From Deltaproteobacteria bacterium (GTDB lineage: Bacteria; Desulfobacterota; Desulfobacteria; Desulfobacterales; UBA2156), in the NCBI GenBank assembly GCA_019309485.1, contig JAFDGC010000001.1, positions 13,620-77,619 of the forward strand: 64,000 nucleotides of DNA, given 5' to 3'. The notes beneath the pieces were generated by a model. That model made no database searches. It had not been told where the DNA came from and saw only the letters and a program-made list of their open reading frames with translations. Each line of letters opens with the position of its first letter. The stretch's first letter is position 1. Made by a program: the position numbers and the translations under genes. Positions 52,729 through 60,718 of the stretch are shown piece by piece.

Positions 52729-53835
52729 ATGAAACGAAGGGCTTTTTTAAAATCAATGGCAGCCGGGGGGCTGGCAGCCTCCGTGGCCGGCACTGCCGGC
52801 ATGATGCTACCGAAAGAAGCGGCTGGGGCAAAAAAAATCGACATCGGTGAAATTAAGGGTGTGAAAATCGATGTACTCACAGAAACGAGCTGGTTCGACA
52901 ACGATCAATTCAAAAAAGATATTATGGATTACGGCGGTGCCATGACCAACCAGTACACCATTCCCTGGAAATGGGACAATGCCGGAGGATACGCCACCTT
53001 GATCACGGTCACCACCCTCGATGGCCAGGAACGCAAGTTCATGATGGATTTCGGCTGGAACACGGAGTGGATGGATTACATTTACGAGGAAAAAAGCGAT
53101 GTGGCCTCGCTGATCTCCAAGGATGAAATCGAATTTTGGGTATTGTCCCACTGGCATCTGGACCATTTTTGGGGAGTGGAATCCACGCTGAAACGGAAAC
53201 AGGACATCACGTTATATGCACCCGCCACCTATTATCCCGAAGACATGGCGCTCCTCAAGGAAAAGGCGCATCACAAGGCCAAAGACAAAGAGACCGGAGA
53301 AATGATGCACATCTGTAAAAACGACTACCCCCATACCGGAAAACTGGTCCTTTGCGACGAAAAGGGGGAAAAGGGGGAGGGCATTTATCGTCTGATGCCG
53401 GGCGTGGCCGTTAAATACTATGATGTCCCGATCCTTTTGCGGGTTCGGGGGGAAAATGTGCTGTATTTCAATGTAAAGGACAAGGGAATCGTAACCGTGA
53501 CCGGATGCTGTCATCCCGGAGTTTTATCCCTGTTTTCCTATGCCCGAAAAAACTTCGCCGGTTATAAGCCTTATGGATGTTACGGCGGGCTGCACATCAG
53601 CCTCTTTGAGACGTGGGAACCCAAGTTCGACGACATTATCAAGGGGGTCAAGGCGTTCAAGATTCAAAAGCTCGGCTGCAACCATTGTACGGGTTGGATC
53701 TGGGCGGAAAAAGCCGCTGCCGCTGGAATCCCGGTGGTGAAAGGCACAAATAAATACAAAAGCTACAAAAAAACCTCCACCGTCGCCAAAGCCAGTAACG
53801 TGTTCCTGACCAACGGAGATACCGTTGTGTTTTGA
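52729..53835 (+). CDS. Tat-signal MBL-fold metallo-hydrolase (COG1237-like subgroup)
   Basis: MKRRAFLKSMAAGGLAASVAG twin-arginine signal. VLSHWHLDHFWG, TGCCHPGV, GGLHIS and NHCTG motifs. AAGGAGG RBS. Confidence 0.85.
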   Translation: MKRRAFLKSMAAGGLAASVAGTAGMMLPKEAAGAKKIDIGEIKGVKIDVLTETSWFDNDQFKKDIMDYGGAMTNQYTIPWKWDNAGGYATLITVTTLDGQERKFMMDFGWNTEWMDYIYEEKSDVASLISKDEIEFWVLSHWHLDHFWGVESTLKRKQDITLYAPATYYPEDMALLKEKAHHKAKDKETGEMMHICKNDYPHTGKLVLCDEKGEKGEGIYRLMPGVAVKYYDVPILLRVRGENVLYFNVKDKGIVTVTGCCHPGVLSLFSYARKNFAGYKPYGCYGGLHISLFETWEPKFDDIIKGVKAFKIQKLGCNHCTGWIWAEKAAAAGIPVVKGTNKYKSYKKTSTVAKASNVFLTNGDTVVF

Positions 53836-53870
53836 TGACGCCGGAGGGGAACTATTCGCCGGTTGAAAAG

Positions 53871-53905
53871 GGCGGGAAGAACTGCTTTTTCCTTCCCGCC
53901 TTTTT
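53871..53905 (+). terminator. Intrinsic terminator/attenuator-like hairpin between the MBL gene and the membrane-protein gene
   Basis: GGCGGGAAG-12 nt-CTTCCCGCC followed by TTTTT. Confidence 0.55.
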
Positions 53906-53928
53906 AGACCGTCCGAAGGAGGCGGAAT

Positions 53929-55167
53929 ATGGCTGAAGAAACGTACCCACATAAATTCAATTACTTTTTCGGATTTCTCAACCTGGCAGGGGTTTTCGTC
54001 ATCGTATGGTTTTTATGGTATGTGTTTATGAATCCGAATACCGTCATGAAGCTGTACACCCCCATGTACGGGTTTGCGCTCGTCGTGGTCTTTATCTCGG
54101 GAATTCTTGCCATGAGCAATGTATGCCGGCTCCCGGACATCTACGGCAGCCAGGTCAAAACCGTCAACCCGGTGGTCAAGGGGATCGTTTTGACCGTCGT
54201 CGCTTTTTTTCTGATGATTTTTATCAATTATATTCTTTTTTGGGGGTTTATCGGCAAATTCGGTGTTGCTTATTTCAGTCCTGACTCCATCGTGATATCC
54301 GGGGGTACCGGCGCCGAACCTTATGTGGCGCGTGAAAACGCCTCCACGGCCATCGTCTATTTCTTTGCCGTGTTCCTATGGATGGTTCTTTTCTGGGATT
54401 TGGGATTCGGTCGCTGGCCCTGGCAGGCCAACAGCCTCGGTGTCCGGGTCTGGTCGAAAATGTTTGTCATCCTGTTTTTTGTGATCTTTTTTTACACGAT
54501 TTTATTCCACCCGCATGTCTGTTACCTCTTTTACCCTGCCCAGGACAAAGCAGGGGTAGCCCCGTGGTGGGAAGAAATGGCCGGCACCGGGAGCGCCTTC
54601 TTTAGCCTTGGATTGATTCTTTGCACTTTAGTGTGGATTGTCTTTTCGAGTGTCCTCTGGGAGGGTCGTCCCTGGAATAAGCTGGAAGAAAAAAATGAGC
54701 CCAATTTTTCAAAAGGCTTCGTGGTTTTTGTCACGACACTCACATTGGGGATCATTTTGCTTTTCGTGCTGCTGCAGATTTTTACTTCCATTTGGGGAGA
54801 GCCTTTCGTGGGCGGGCAGTACACTGATGGCCCTGACTGGCGCTATATCCATGGCGCCGAGGTGGCCGGCTTCTTCCTCCTGGCGGCCTTCATATGGAAA
54901 AATTATTTCAACAACTTTCCGAACATAAAAAGCGTTTGGGGGCGCTGCGTAATCCGCAGTATTATTGCAATGGCGTTGGGCATGCTCATCTACTGGTTCT
55001 ATTTTTCTCCCCTGGCCACCTTTTTTTTGGCCAAGGTGGAGGGATTTGCCCAGCCCGGGGATACGCCTCTGGTGTGGACCCTGCTTTTTTTAAGCATCAT
55101 CCTGATCCAGAGCGATTTCTTCGATGGATGGCCCTTGAAACGCGGTAAAAATAAGGAAATCGGATGA
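53929..55167 (+). CDS. Polytopic membrane protein (~10 TM), unknown family
   Basis: 412 aa, Trp/Phe-rich hydrophobic segments, GAAGGAGG RBS. No family recognised. Confidence 0.7.
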   Translation: MAEETYPHKFNYFFGFLNLAGVFVIVWFLWYVFMNPNTVMKLYTPMYGFALVVVFISGILAMSNVCRLPDIYGSQVKTVNPVVKGIVLTVVAFFLMIFINYILFWGFIGKFGVAYFSPDSIVISGGTGAEPYVARENASTAIVYFFAVFLWMVLFWDLGFGRWPWQANSLGVRVWSKMFVILFFVIFFYTILFHPHVCYLFYPAQDKAGVAPWWEEMAGTGSAFFSLGLILCTLVWIVFSSVLWEGRPWNKLEEKNEPNFSKGFVVFVTTLTLGIILLFVLLQIFTSIWGEPFVGGQYTDGPDWRYIHGAEVAGFFLLAAFIWKNYFNNFPNIKSVWGRCVIRSIIAMALGMLIYWFYFSPLATFFLAKVEGFAQPGDTPLVWTLLFLSIILIQSDFFDGWPLKRGKNKEIG

Positions 55168-55436
55168 CACGCAACACCCGTCGGTCTTTTTTAACGCGAT
55201 ATGTCTGGAATCAGGTGGGTCGATGCCTGAAAGGATTCCAGGAAGGCCTCGAAGAAGTCCGTCACCAGTCGGATCTGGATCGCTTTTTTGAATCCTACGA
55301 GTCAAGCTATTCCCTGACCCTGGCGTATCCGGACGAAATTCTCTTGGAGACGGCCCGGCAAAGGGGAATAAAGATAGAAGGCAGGGATAAGATAGACATC
55401 GTAAAAGAGTTGTTTTTAGAGCACGGGGGGTTGTAA
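55164..55436 (+). CDS. Small soluble protein with an N-terminal TRRSFL motif but no hydrophobic h-region
   Basis: 90 aa. ATGA overlap with the upstream gene. No family recognised. Confidence 0.5.
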   Translation: MTRNTRRSFLTRYVWNQVGRCLKGFQEGLEEVRHQSDLDRFFESYESSYSLTLAYPDEILLETARQRGIKIEGRDKIDIVKELFLEHGGL

Positions 55437-55476
55437 GATCGATCTCGAAAGTTTTTTCAGAAGCCAAATCGAAGGG

Positions 55477-56382
55477 TTGTTGATCACCGCCTCCTGGATC
55501 GAAAACCTGAAGACCGAACTGGGATTGACCGGTGTCGCACAGGTTTGGGGGGATCGGCCTTCGTGGTATTTTTGGGTGACCGATGCGCCCGGCGTATTCC
55601 ATCTCGAATTTGCCAATGCCGATACCGTTACCACGGAAACCGGCACCTTCTATACAGCCGATTTCATTATCAAGTGCTATCCCTACCCCCGTCATTCGCT
55701 ATTTAAGACCTTTTCCTCCCTGGAAAAGGCATTGGTTCAAAGCCCTTTCTTCGACAACACGCATTCCCCCGCCTTTGAATACCGGGAACAGCTACCCCCT
55801 GATCTTTTCAATATCGCGACGATGGCGATCACCGTCGATGCCTCCCATCAGATCATCCGTTTCGGTTTTGAAACCTTCGATTTGCTGCGTACCGTTTGTC
55901 TCCACGACACCGTGCGCCGCCACCCCGAGTTAAACCAACGGTATACGTTGAAAGCCGGTACGGTGGACCGCAATGTGCCGGCAATGCATATTGGATATCC
56001 ATTTTTCGGGCGGATGCTGTGTTTGCATGCGTATGCGGCCGGAAAGACGCCGGCGCGGATTCAATTGGCCCGCCGTCGGGGATTTGAATTCGGTTTGGAT
56101 TCAGAGACGGTGCGCTTCATTCCTTCAAATATAATTCAACACTATAGATACGGTGTTTGGTTTCATCCGCTTAGCAAATTCCAAACAGGGGATCCGGATC
56201 AATTACCGGCGACGACCTCCAATGAGGCGGAAAAGATTCTCTACGACCGGGCTTTTCCTTGTGGGCACTTTCATCCGTCTCAGGCGGAAAAAGAGCTTCC
56301 GTTACCTCTGGATGACCGTTGGTGGGCATTGGCGCATGCCCGTTACGCATCCCATCTGACGTCGTGTTGCGGTTGCAATTGA
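55477..56382 (+). CDS. Hypothetical protein (301 aa) ending in SCCGCN
   Basis: Long ORF with a TTG start in the track. No TM or signal peptide. No family recognised. Confidence 0.55.
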   Translation: MLITASWIENLKTELGLTGVAQVWGDRPSWYFWVTDAPGVFHLEFANADTVTTETGTFYTADFIIKCYPYPRHSLFKTFSSLEKALVQSPFFDNTHSPAFEYREQLPPDLFNIATMAITVDASHQIIRFGFETFDLLRTVCLHDTVRRHPELNQRYTLKAGTVDRNVPAMHIGYPFFGRMLCLHAYAAGKTPARIQLARRRGFEFGLDSETVRFIPSNIIQHYRYGVWFHPLSKFQTGDPDQLPATTSNEAEKILYDRAFPCGHFHPSQAEKELPLPLDDRWWALAHARYASHLTSCCGCN

Positions 56383-56723
56383 GAGTCGCGGTCCCGATAT
56401 ACCGGAAACGCATTTCACCGGTTCTCGATTTCTGCGAACGATTGCTGGTCGTCGACCTGGTTGAAAATTCCGAAGTCGAGCGCAAAGAGGTTTTCCTGGA
56501 TGAGATGTCCTTATCCGACCGGTTGACCCTGTTGCAACGCTTGGAAGTGACGATGGTGATTTGCGGCGGTATCAGTGATACATTGTACCATATGCTGCAA
56601 AACTGCGGAATCGAATCCATCAGCGGGATCACCGGTGATGTGGAGGATGTGATTACCGCGTTTTGTCGCAATCAGCTCAATGATTCCAAATTTATGATGC
56701 CTGGATGCAACTTCCGGGAGTGA
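56379..56723 (+). CDS. NifX/NifB-like dinitrogenase FeMo-cofactor-binding-domain family protein
   Basis: (M)RVAVPIYRKRISPVLDFCERLLVVDL...VICGGISDTLYHMLQNCGIE fits the family. A TTG start overlapping the upstream TGA is assumed; 56364 and 56373 are alternatives. Confidence 0.6.
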   Translation: MRVAVPIYRKRISPVLDFCERLLVVDLVENSEVERKEVFLDEMSLSDRLTLLQRLEVTMVICGGISDTLYHMLQNCGIESISGITGDVEDVITAFCRNQLNDSKFMMPGCNFRE

Positions 56724-56833
56724 CCGGAACGCTTCCCTAACCCCCGCCTTTTAAGGCGGGGTGAGGGAAGCTCTCAAAAAACAGGTAATTTCCTTACCGG
56801 GGACCCCGCCCTTCAGGGCGGGAAGGCTTCACA
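56720..56833 (-). repeat. Two-hairpin composite repeat, full copy C (inverted orientation)
   Basis: It is the reverse complement of copies A and B along the full length. The terminal gTGAcc contains the stop of the NifX-like gene. The CGGC gene RBS follows within about 5 nt. Confidence 0.9.
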
Positions 56834-56847
56834 AGAAAGGAGGTCCC

Positions 56848-57192
56848 ATGGAGAAAGTGATGATTGTCGGATGCGGCGCTTATATGGACGGCGGCTATGG
56901 ATGTCCGGGAGAGTGGCGATGCCTGAAGGCCGCGGCACTCGGGGAAGGAAATTACGAAAACCCTTCCCAGGCCATTTCCTTTGTAAAATGCGAGTGCCCG
57001 GGACGGGCATTGGTCTCAAACATCGGGATGGCCATGAAGCTATCCGAAATCAAACCGGATAAAATTTATCTCAGTTCCTGCCTTGTAAATGCCAAACCAG
57101 GATGCCCCTACGTCACACCGGACGAAATGATGGAAGCCATCCAAGCCAAGTTCAAAATCCCGATGATCAAAGGGACCCACGACTACCACTGA
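56848..57192 (+). CDS. CGGC-domain protein, paralogue 2
   Basis: MEKVMIVGCGAYMDGGYGCPGEWRC, KCECPG and a C-terminal GTHDYH. AAGGAGG RBS. Confidence 0.75.
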   Translation: MEKVMIVGCGAYMDGGYGCPGEWRCLKAAALGEGNYENPSQAISFVKCECPGRALVSNIGMAMKLSEIKPDKIYLSSCLVNAKPGCPYVTPDEMMEAIQAKFKIPMIKGTHDYH

Positions 57193-57227
57193 CCCCTTTC
57201 CCTTAACGGACGGCGTCGCCGAATCCC

Positions 57228-57260
57228 TCCCTCTCCGCCGGACGTTGAGGCGGAGAGGGA
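57228..57260 (+). terminator. 12-bp-stem hairpin downstream of the CGGC gene
   Basis: TCCCTCTCCGCC-9 nt-GGCGGAGAGGGA. There is no clear U-tract. Confidence 0.45.
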
Positions 57261-57355
57261 ATCGAAATCAAAATTCAGCGCAGCCCGTCTCCCTTTCAAA
57301 ATCCCTTACGCAATTTGACTTGAATGAGCTTTTCATGTTTTTTTCGGCCATGTTA

Positions 57356-57372
57356 ATATCACAATGTGATAT
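57356..57372. promoter_or_regulatory. Perfect palindrome ATATCACA-a-TGTGATAT; operator candidate
   Basis: Direct read. It lies in the 530-nt gap upstream of the SLOG gene, just after a TTGACT hexamer. Confidence 0.4.
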
Positions 57373-57722
57373 ATGAAGGACTGTAAGAGTGACTTCCGAA
57401 CCGTCCGGAATCCTGTTTTTTCGGTTCCATGTGCATTCTGGTCGATCCCGTCCACCCCGTGTTTCGGAATTCGGATCGGGGGCATCATGGGAAACCGCCC
57501 ATGAGGAAAACGTCTCTCCGATGGATCCTCCCGGGGCCCATCGCCTGAACCCTTTTCAAAGGCATGGGCACAGGAGCCTTGCGATGATCGGCGATTTGTG
57601 CCGCATTCTTTCTTGAGGATCCCAACACCCCGCCCTTGACCCATCCGGGCTTTTTGTTTAAAAACCCTGAAGAATCATCCACCACTTCTTTGGAACTTTG
57701 GAACACGAACAGGAATCGGGCC

Positions 57723-58550
57723 ATGATTAAAAAAATCGTGTCGGGGGGACAAACAGGTGCGGACCGGGCGGCCCTGGATGTGGCCCTCAAGCTGGATATT
57801 CCCCACGGGGGATGGATCCCCAAGGGACGCATGGCGGAAGACGGCCCCATTGATCAAAAATATCAACTGGAAGAGATGCAGACGGCCAACTACCAGGACC
57901 GCACCGAGCAGAATGTCATCGATTCGGACGGCACCCTGATTTTATCACACGGGAAGCTCACGGGGGGATCGGCCTATACCCGGGATATGGCCTTGCAGCA
58001 CGAGCGGCCGTGGCTCCATATCGACCTGAATAAAATAACCAAATTCGACGCCGTCCGGAAAATCAGCGCATGGATCGTGGAAAACCATGTTGAAATCCTC
58101 AACGTGGCCGGACCCCGGGCCAGCAGGGATCCGTCCATTTATGACGATGTCTGTGAAATCCTCGAGACTGCCTATATGCTGACCCTTGGGACGGACAAAC
58201 CGCTGCGCATGCCGGAAATACCGCTAGTCGAAAAGACGATCCGCCACCGGAAAAACACCCTCCCGAAGACCGTGGATGAAGCGGTGGATCGGTTGTCCGC
58301 GATCCTGTCCCTCAGGGACAAAAACACCATCGCCCATTTGGAAGAGGACAAGATGCCCCTTCTCAGAGCCGCCCTGGGAAACGCCGTTAAAAACCGGCTG
58401 GACGCATGGTGCACCGAACCGGCCCTGCTGAAATCCTGCATGTATCATTCGGGCAAAAAAAATCTCGATCGGGAGGAAGCCACGCAGATCATCCTCGAGG
58501 CGTTGTGGAAAACTCTGAAAAAAAACCATGTGCTGCGGGTCGTCAAGTGA
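57723..58550 (+). CDS. SLOG-superfamily YpsA / 'molybdenum-cofactor-carrier'-like protein with a C-terminal helical extension
   Basis: Start trimmed to MIKKIVSGGQTGADRAALDVA. The protein has about 150 extra C-terminal residues. Confidence 0.7.
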   Translation: MIKKIVSGGQTGADRAALDVALKLDIPHGGWIPKGRMAEDGPIDQKYQLEEMQTANYQDRTEQNVIDSDGTLILSHGKLTGGSAYTRDMALQHERPWLHIDLNKITKFDAVRKISAWIVENHVEILNVAGPRASRDPSIYDDVCEILETAYMLTLGTDKPLRMPEIPLVEKTIRHRKNTLPKTVDEAVDRLSAILSLRDKNTIAHLEEDKMPLLRAALGNAVKNRLDAWCTEPALLKSCMYHSGKKNLDREEATQIILEALWKTLKKNHVLRVVK

Positions 58551-58575
58551 TCCATGCCGGGAAAGGGAGAACACG

Positions 58576-58812
58576 ATGATTTACATCGGAAACTTTTTAT
58601 ATCTTTCCGGAGAAGAAAAAGCCGAGGAAGCACAGCGCCGCCACGGTGAGTTCAGCCTCTTCGTCGAAGCCACCACCATTGAAAAAGCCATTCACCGATT
58701 CAGGGAAAAAATCTCGGAAATCCATGAATCGGGAGGCTTCTTCGGCGCACCGCCCGTATCCCGTGCATTGTTGGGGAATCGGCAGATGCGGGTAACGACG
58801 GCCGGCGCTTGA
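58576..58812 (+). CDS. Hypothetical small protein (78 aa)
   Basis: AGGGAGA RBS, 25 nt after the SLOG gene stop. No family recognised. Confidence 0.4.
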   Translation: MIYIGNFLYLSGEEKAEEAQRRHGEFSLFVEATTIEKAIHRFREKISEIHESGGFFGAPPVSRALLGNRQMRVTTAGA

Positions 58813-58967
58813 ATGTGTGAAGACGCCTCACAGTAAAAGTCAATGAAACACCGGGCTCCGAGGGGGGCGCGATTCTTAAAGGAAAAAATGGACCGGGTTT
58901 TGCGATCTGGCGGGTAACGTCTTTAAAAAACGGGATGAAAATTAAAAAACGAGAGGGTCGATTCCGG

Positions 58968-59399
58968 TCAAATCATGTCTTCCATCTCCGCCAGGGCGCT
59001 TTTCAGAGAATTCAGCTCCTGGTGCATCTCGTCGACTTTCCGGAGAATCTCGTGAATCTTGGTCTTTGTCCGGGTACGGCGTGCCGCGTTGTATTGACGC
59101 ACGTATTCTTCCCTTCTGGCTTTGAGCTCGGCCAGGGGCGCCTGCTCGATCTCGATGGCGTCCCGAAGTTCCTGGAGCCTTTTTTGCTCTTCCCTTGAAC
59201 GGCCGATAATGTCTTCAATATCCCCCTGGCGCCTCAGGGAGCGTTGCTCCAGGAGTTTGGCTTCCTCGTCCGCCAACCGGTTGACCGACTCCATAATTTC
59301 GTTGATCTTGACATCCAGCGTGCGGATTTGGGCCTCGATGGTTTCGGCCTCTTCAACGATCTCTTTTTGTTCTTCCATCAACATGGTCGGTATCCTCAT
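58968..59399 (-). CDS. Hypothetical coiled-coil protein (143 aa)
   Basis: Heptad-rich, charged sequence. No family recognised. Confidence 0.5.
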   Translation of the reverse strand: MRIPTMLMEEQKEIVEEAETIEAQIRTLDVKINEIMESVNRLADEEAKLLEQRSLRRQGDIEDIIGRSREEQKRLQELRDAIEIEQAPLAELKARREEYVRQYNAARRTRTKTKIHEILRKVDEMHQELNSLKSALAEMEDMI

Positions 59400-59642
59400 G
59401 GCTTCGGGTAGATCGATGATGCGGCGGGAGGGGCCGCCCGGATCCCAGCCTGCGAAATCGGTTTTTTTAGTTTTTTATCACGGCGGGTGTGCGGAGTCAA
59501 TACCATAATCCAAGACACCGTGAAAAACGTTCGAGGCGGTTCTTTCATCGCACCCTTTATTCCTTGAAGCCGCACGCACAACCCGCTATGATTGTTTTTA
59601 CCAATGAACCGGTGTCATTTTTTGCATCGCGGTCGGGAATTC

Positions 59643-60137
59643 ATGAAAAGGGCCCTTTTTCTGATTTTATTTTTTTCCTTATTGAGCGCATGCGCTTCGG
59701 ATGGAGAAACATCGGTCATCCGGAATACGATTCAAAATGGCGCCGCCCTTGCTGAAAAACATGACATCCGGGCTTTGACACGATATTTAACCCCGGATTT
59801 CACGGCCCGGCCCGGGGATCTCGGTCCCAAAGCCCTCCGCGGGGTGCTGTTTCGGGCATTTCAATCCTACGGCAATTTCAAGATCTATTATCCCCGTCCC
59901 CTGGTGGATATCATCGATTCCAATACATCGGCCAAGGCGACGGTGTACTTCGTCATCCTGCGCAAAGACCACGTGCTCCCCGGCCTGAAGGCGTTGTACG
60001 ATGATCCGGAAGGCTGGATGGCGGCGGTGAGCCGGAAGGCCGATCTTTACGAACTCGAACTGACATTCACAAAAACAAGCGGTTCATGGAAAGTCCGGCG
60101 GGCCCGGATGAATCCGCTGAAGGGGATGTCTCCGTGA
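59643..60137 (+). CDS. Hypothetical lipoprotein
   Basis: Start trimmed to MKRALFLILFFSLLSAC (lipobox). Confidence 0.6.
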   Translation: MKRALFLILFFSLLSACASDGETSVIRNTIQNGAALAEKHDIRALTRYLTPDFTARPGDLGPKALRGVLFRAFQSYGNFKIYYPRPLVDIIDSNTSAKATVYFVILRKDHVLPGLKALYDDPEGWMAAVSRKADLYELELTFTKTSGSWKVRRARMNPLKGMSP

Positions 60138-60202
60138 TGTCGAGGGCCCGGGATTTTTTCCACCGTCTTGCCCTTCCGTAACCCGGACAACAAAGGCTTC
60201 CA

Positions 60203-60718
60203 ATGAGTCTTTCCCCCCGCTTTCAAGAGGCGTTGCAGCTTCTCGCCGGCCTGACCGAAAAGGAACGGCGATATCTGACCGGGCTCAGCCGGAATATCTC
60301 CCGTTCGGAAGCGGGGCTTGCGGCCGCGGCAGCGCCCCTTCTGCATCGATGCACTACAGTTTGCAAAGGGCTTTGCTGCCGAAACATCGTCCCCGACACC
60401 CTCATCGACACCACGGATTTCATTTTTGCCCTAAGCCTGGACGATGCCCTGGAAAAGGTTATCCCGGTGCATCTTGAAAAGGAAAATCCTTTTTATGGCA
60501 CCGATTGTGTTTTTCTGGAAGCCGGAACCGGTCCGTGCATTTTTCCGGCGCATCTGCGTCCCCTGGTCTGCATCACCGCCTTTTGCGCAAACGATCATGG
60601 CATCCGAAAAGAAATCGCCCGCGTCAAGTGGGCCTTTTTCCGGCTGGAAGGGTTTGTCCGGGTGGCAAAAATCCGGCGGCTGGCCGGTCGGATGATGAAG
60701 GTTTTTTCGATTCACTGA
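60203..60718 (+). CDS. YkgJ/UPF0153-like Cys-rich (CxxCxxCC-type) putative Fe-S/zinc protein
   Basis: CKGLCCRN and GPCIF...RPLVCITAFC motifs. Confidence 0.5.
   Translation: MSLSPRFQEALQLLAGLTEKERRYLTGLSRNISRSEAGLAAAAAPLLHRCTTVCKGLCCRNIVPDTLIDTTDFIFALSLDDALEKVIPVHLEKENPFYGTDCVFLEAGTGPCIFPAHLRPLVCITAFCANDHGIRKEIARVKWAFFRLEGFVRVAKIRRLAGRMMKVFSIH

Noticed and set aside
57389-57616. 75-aa ORF inside the long gap upstream of the SLOG gene
   Set aside because: No RBS, a Pro/Arg/Ser/Gly-rich composition, and it overlaps the predicted stem-loops. I treated it as non-coding.
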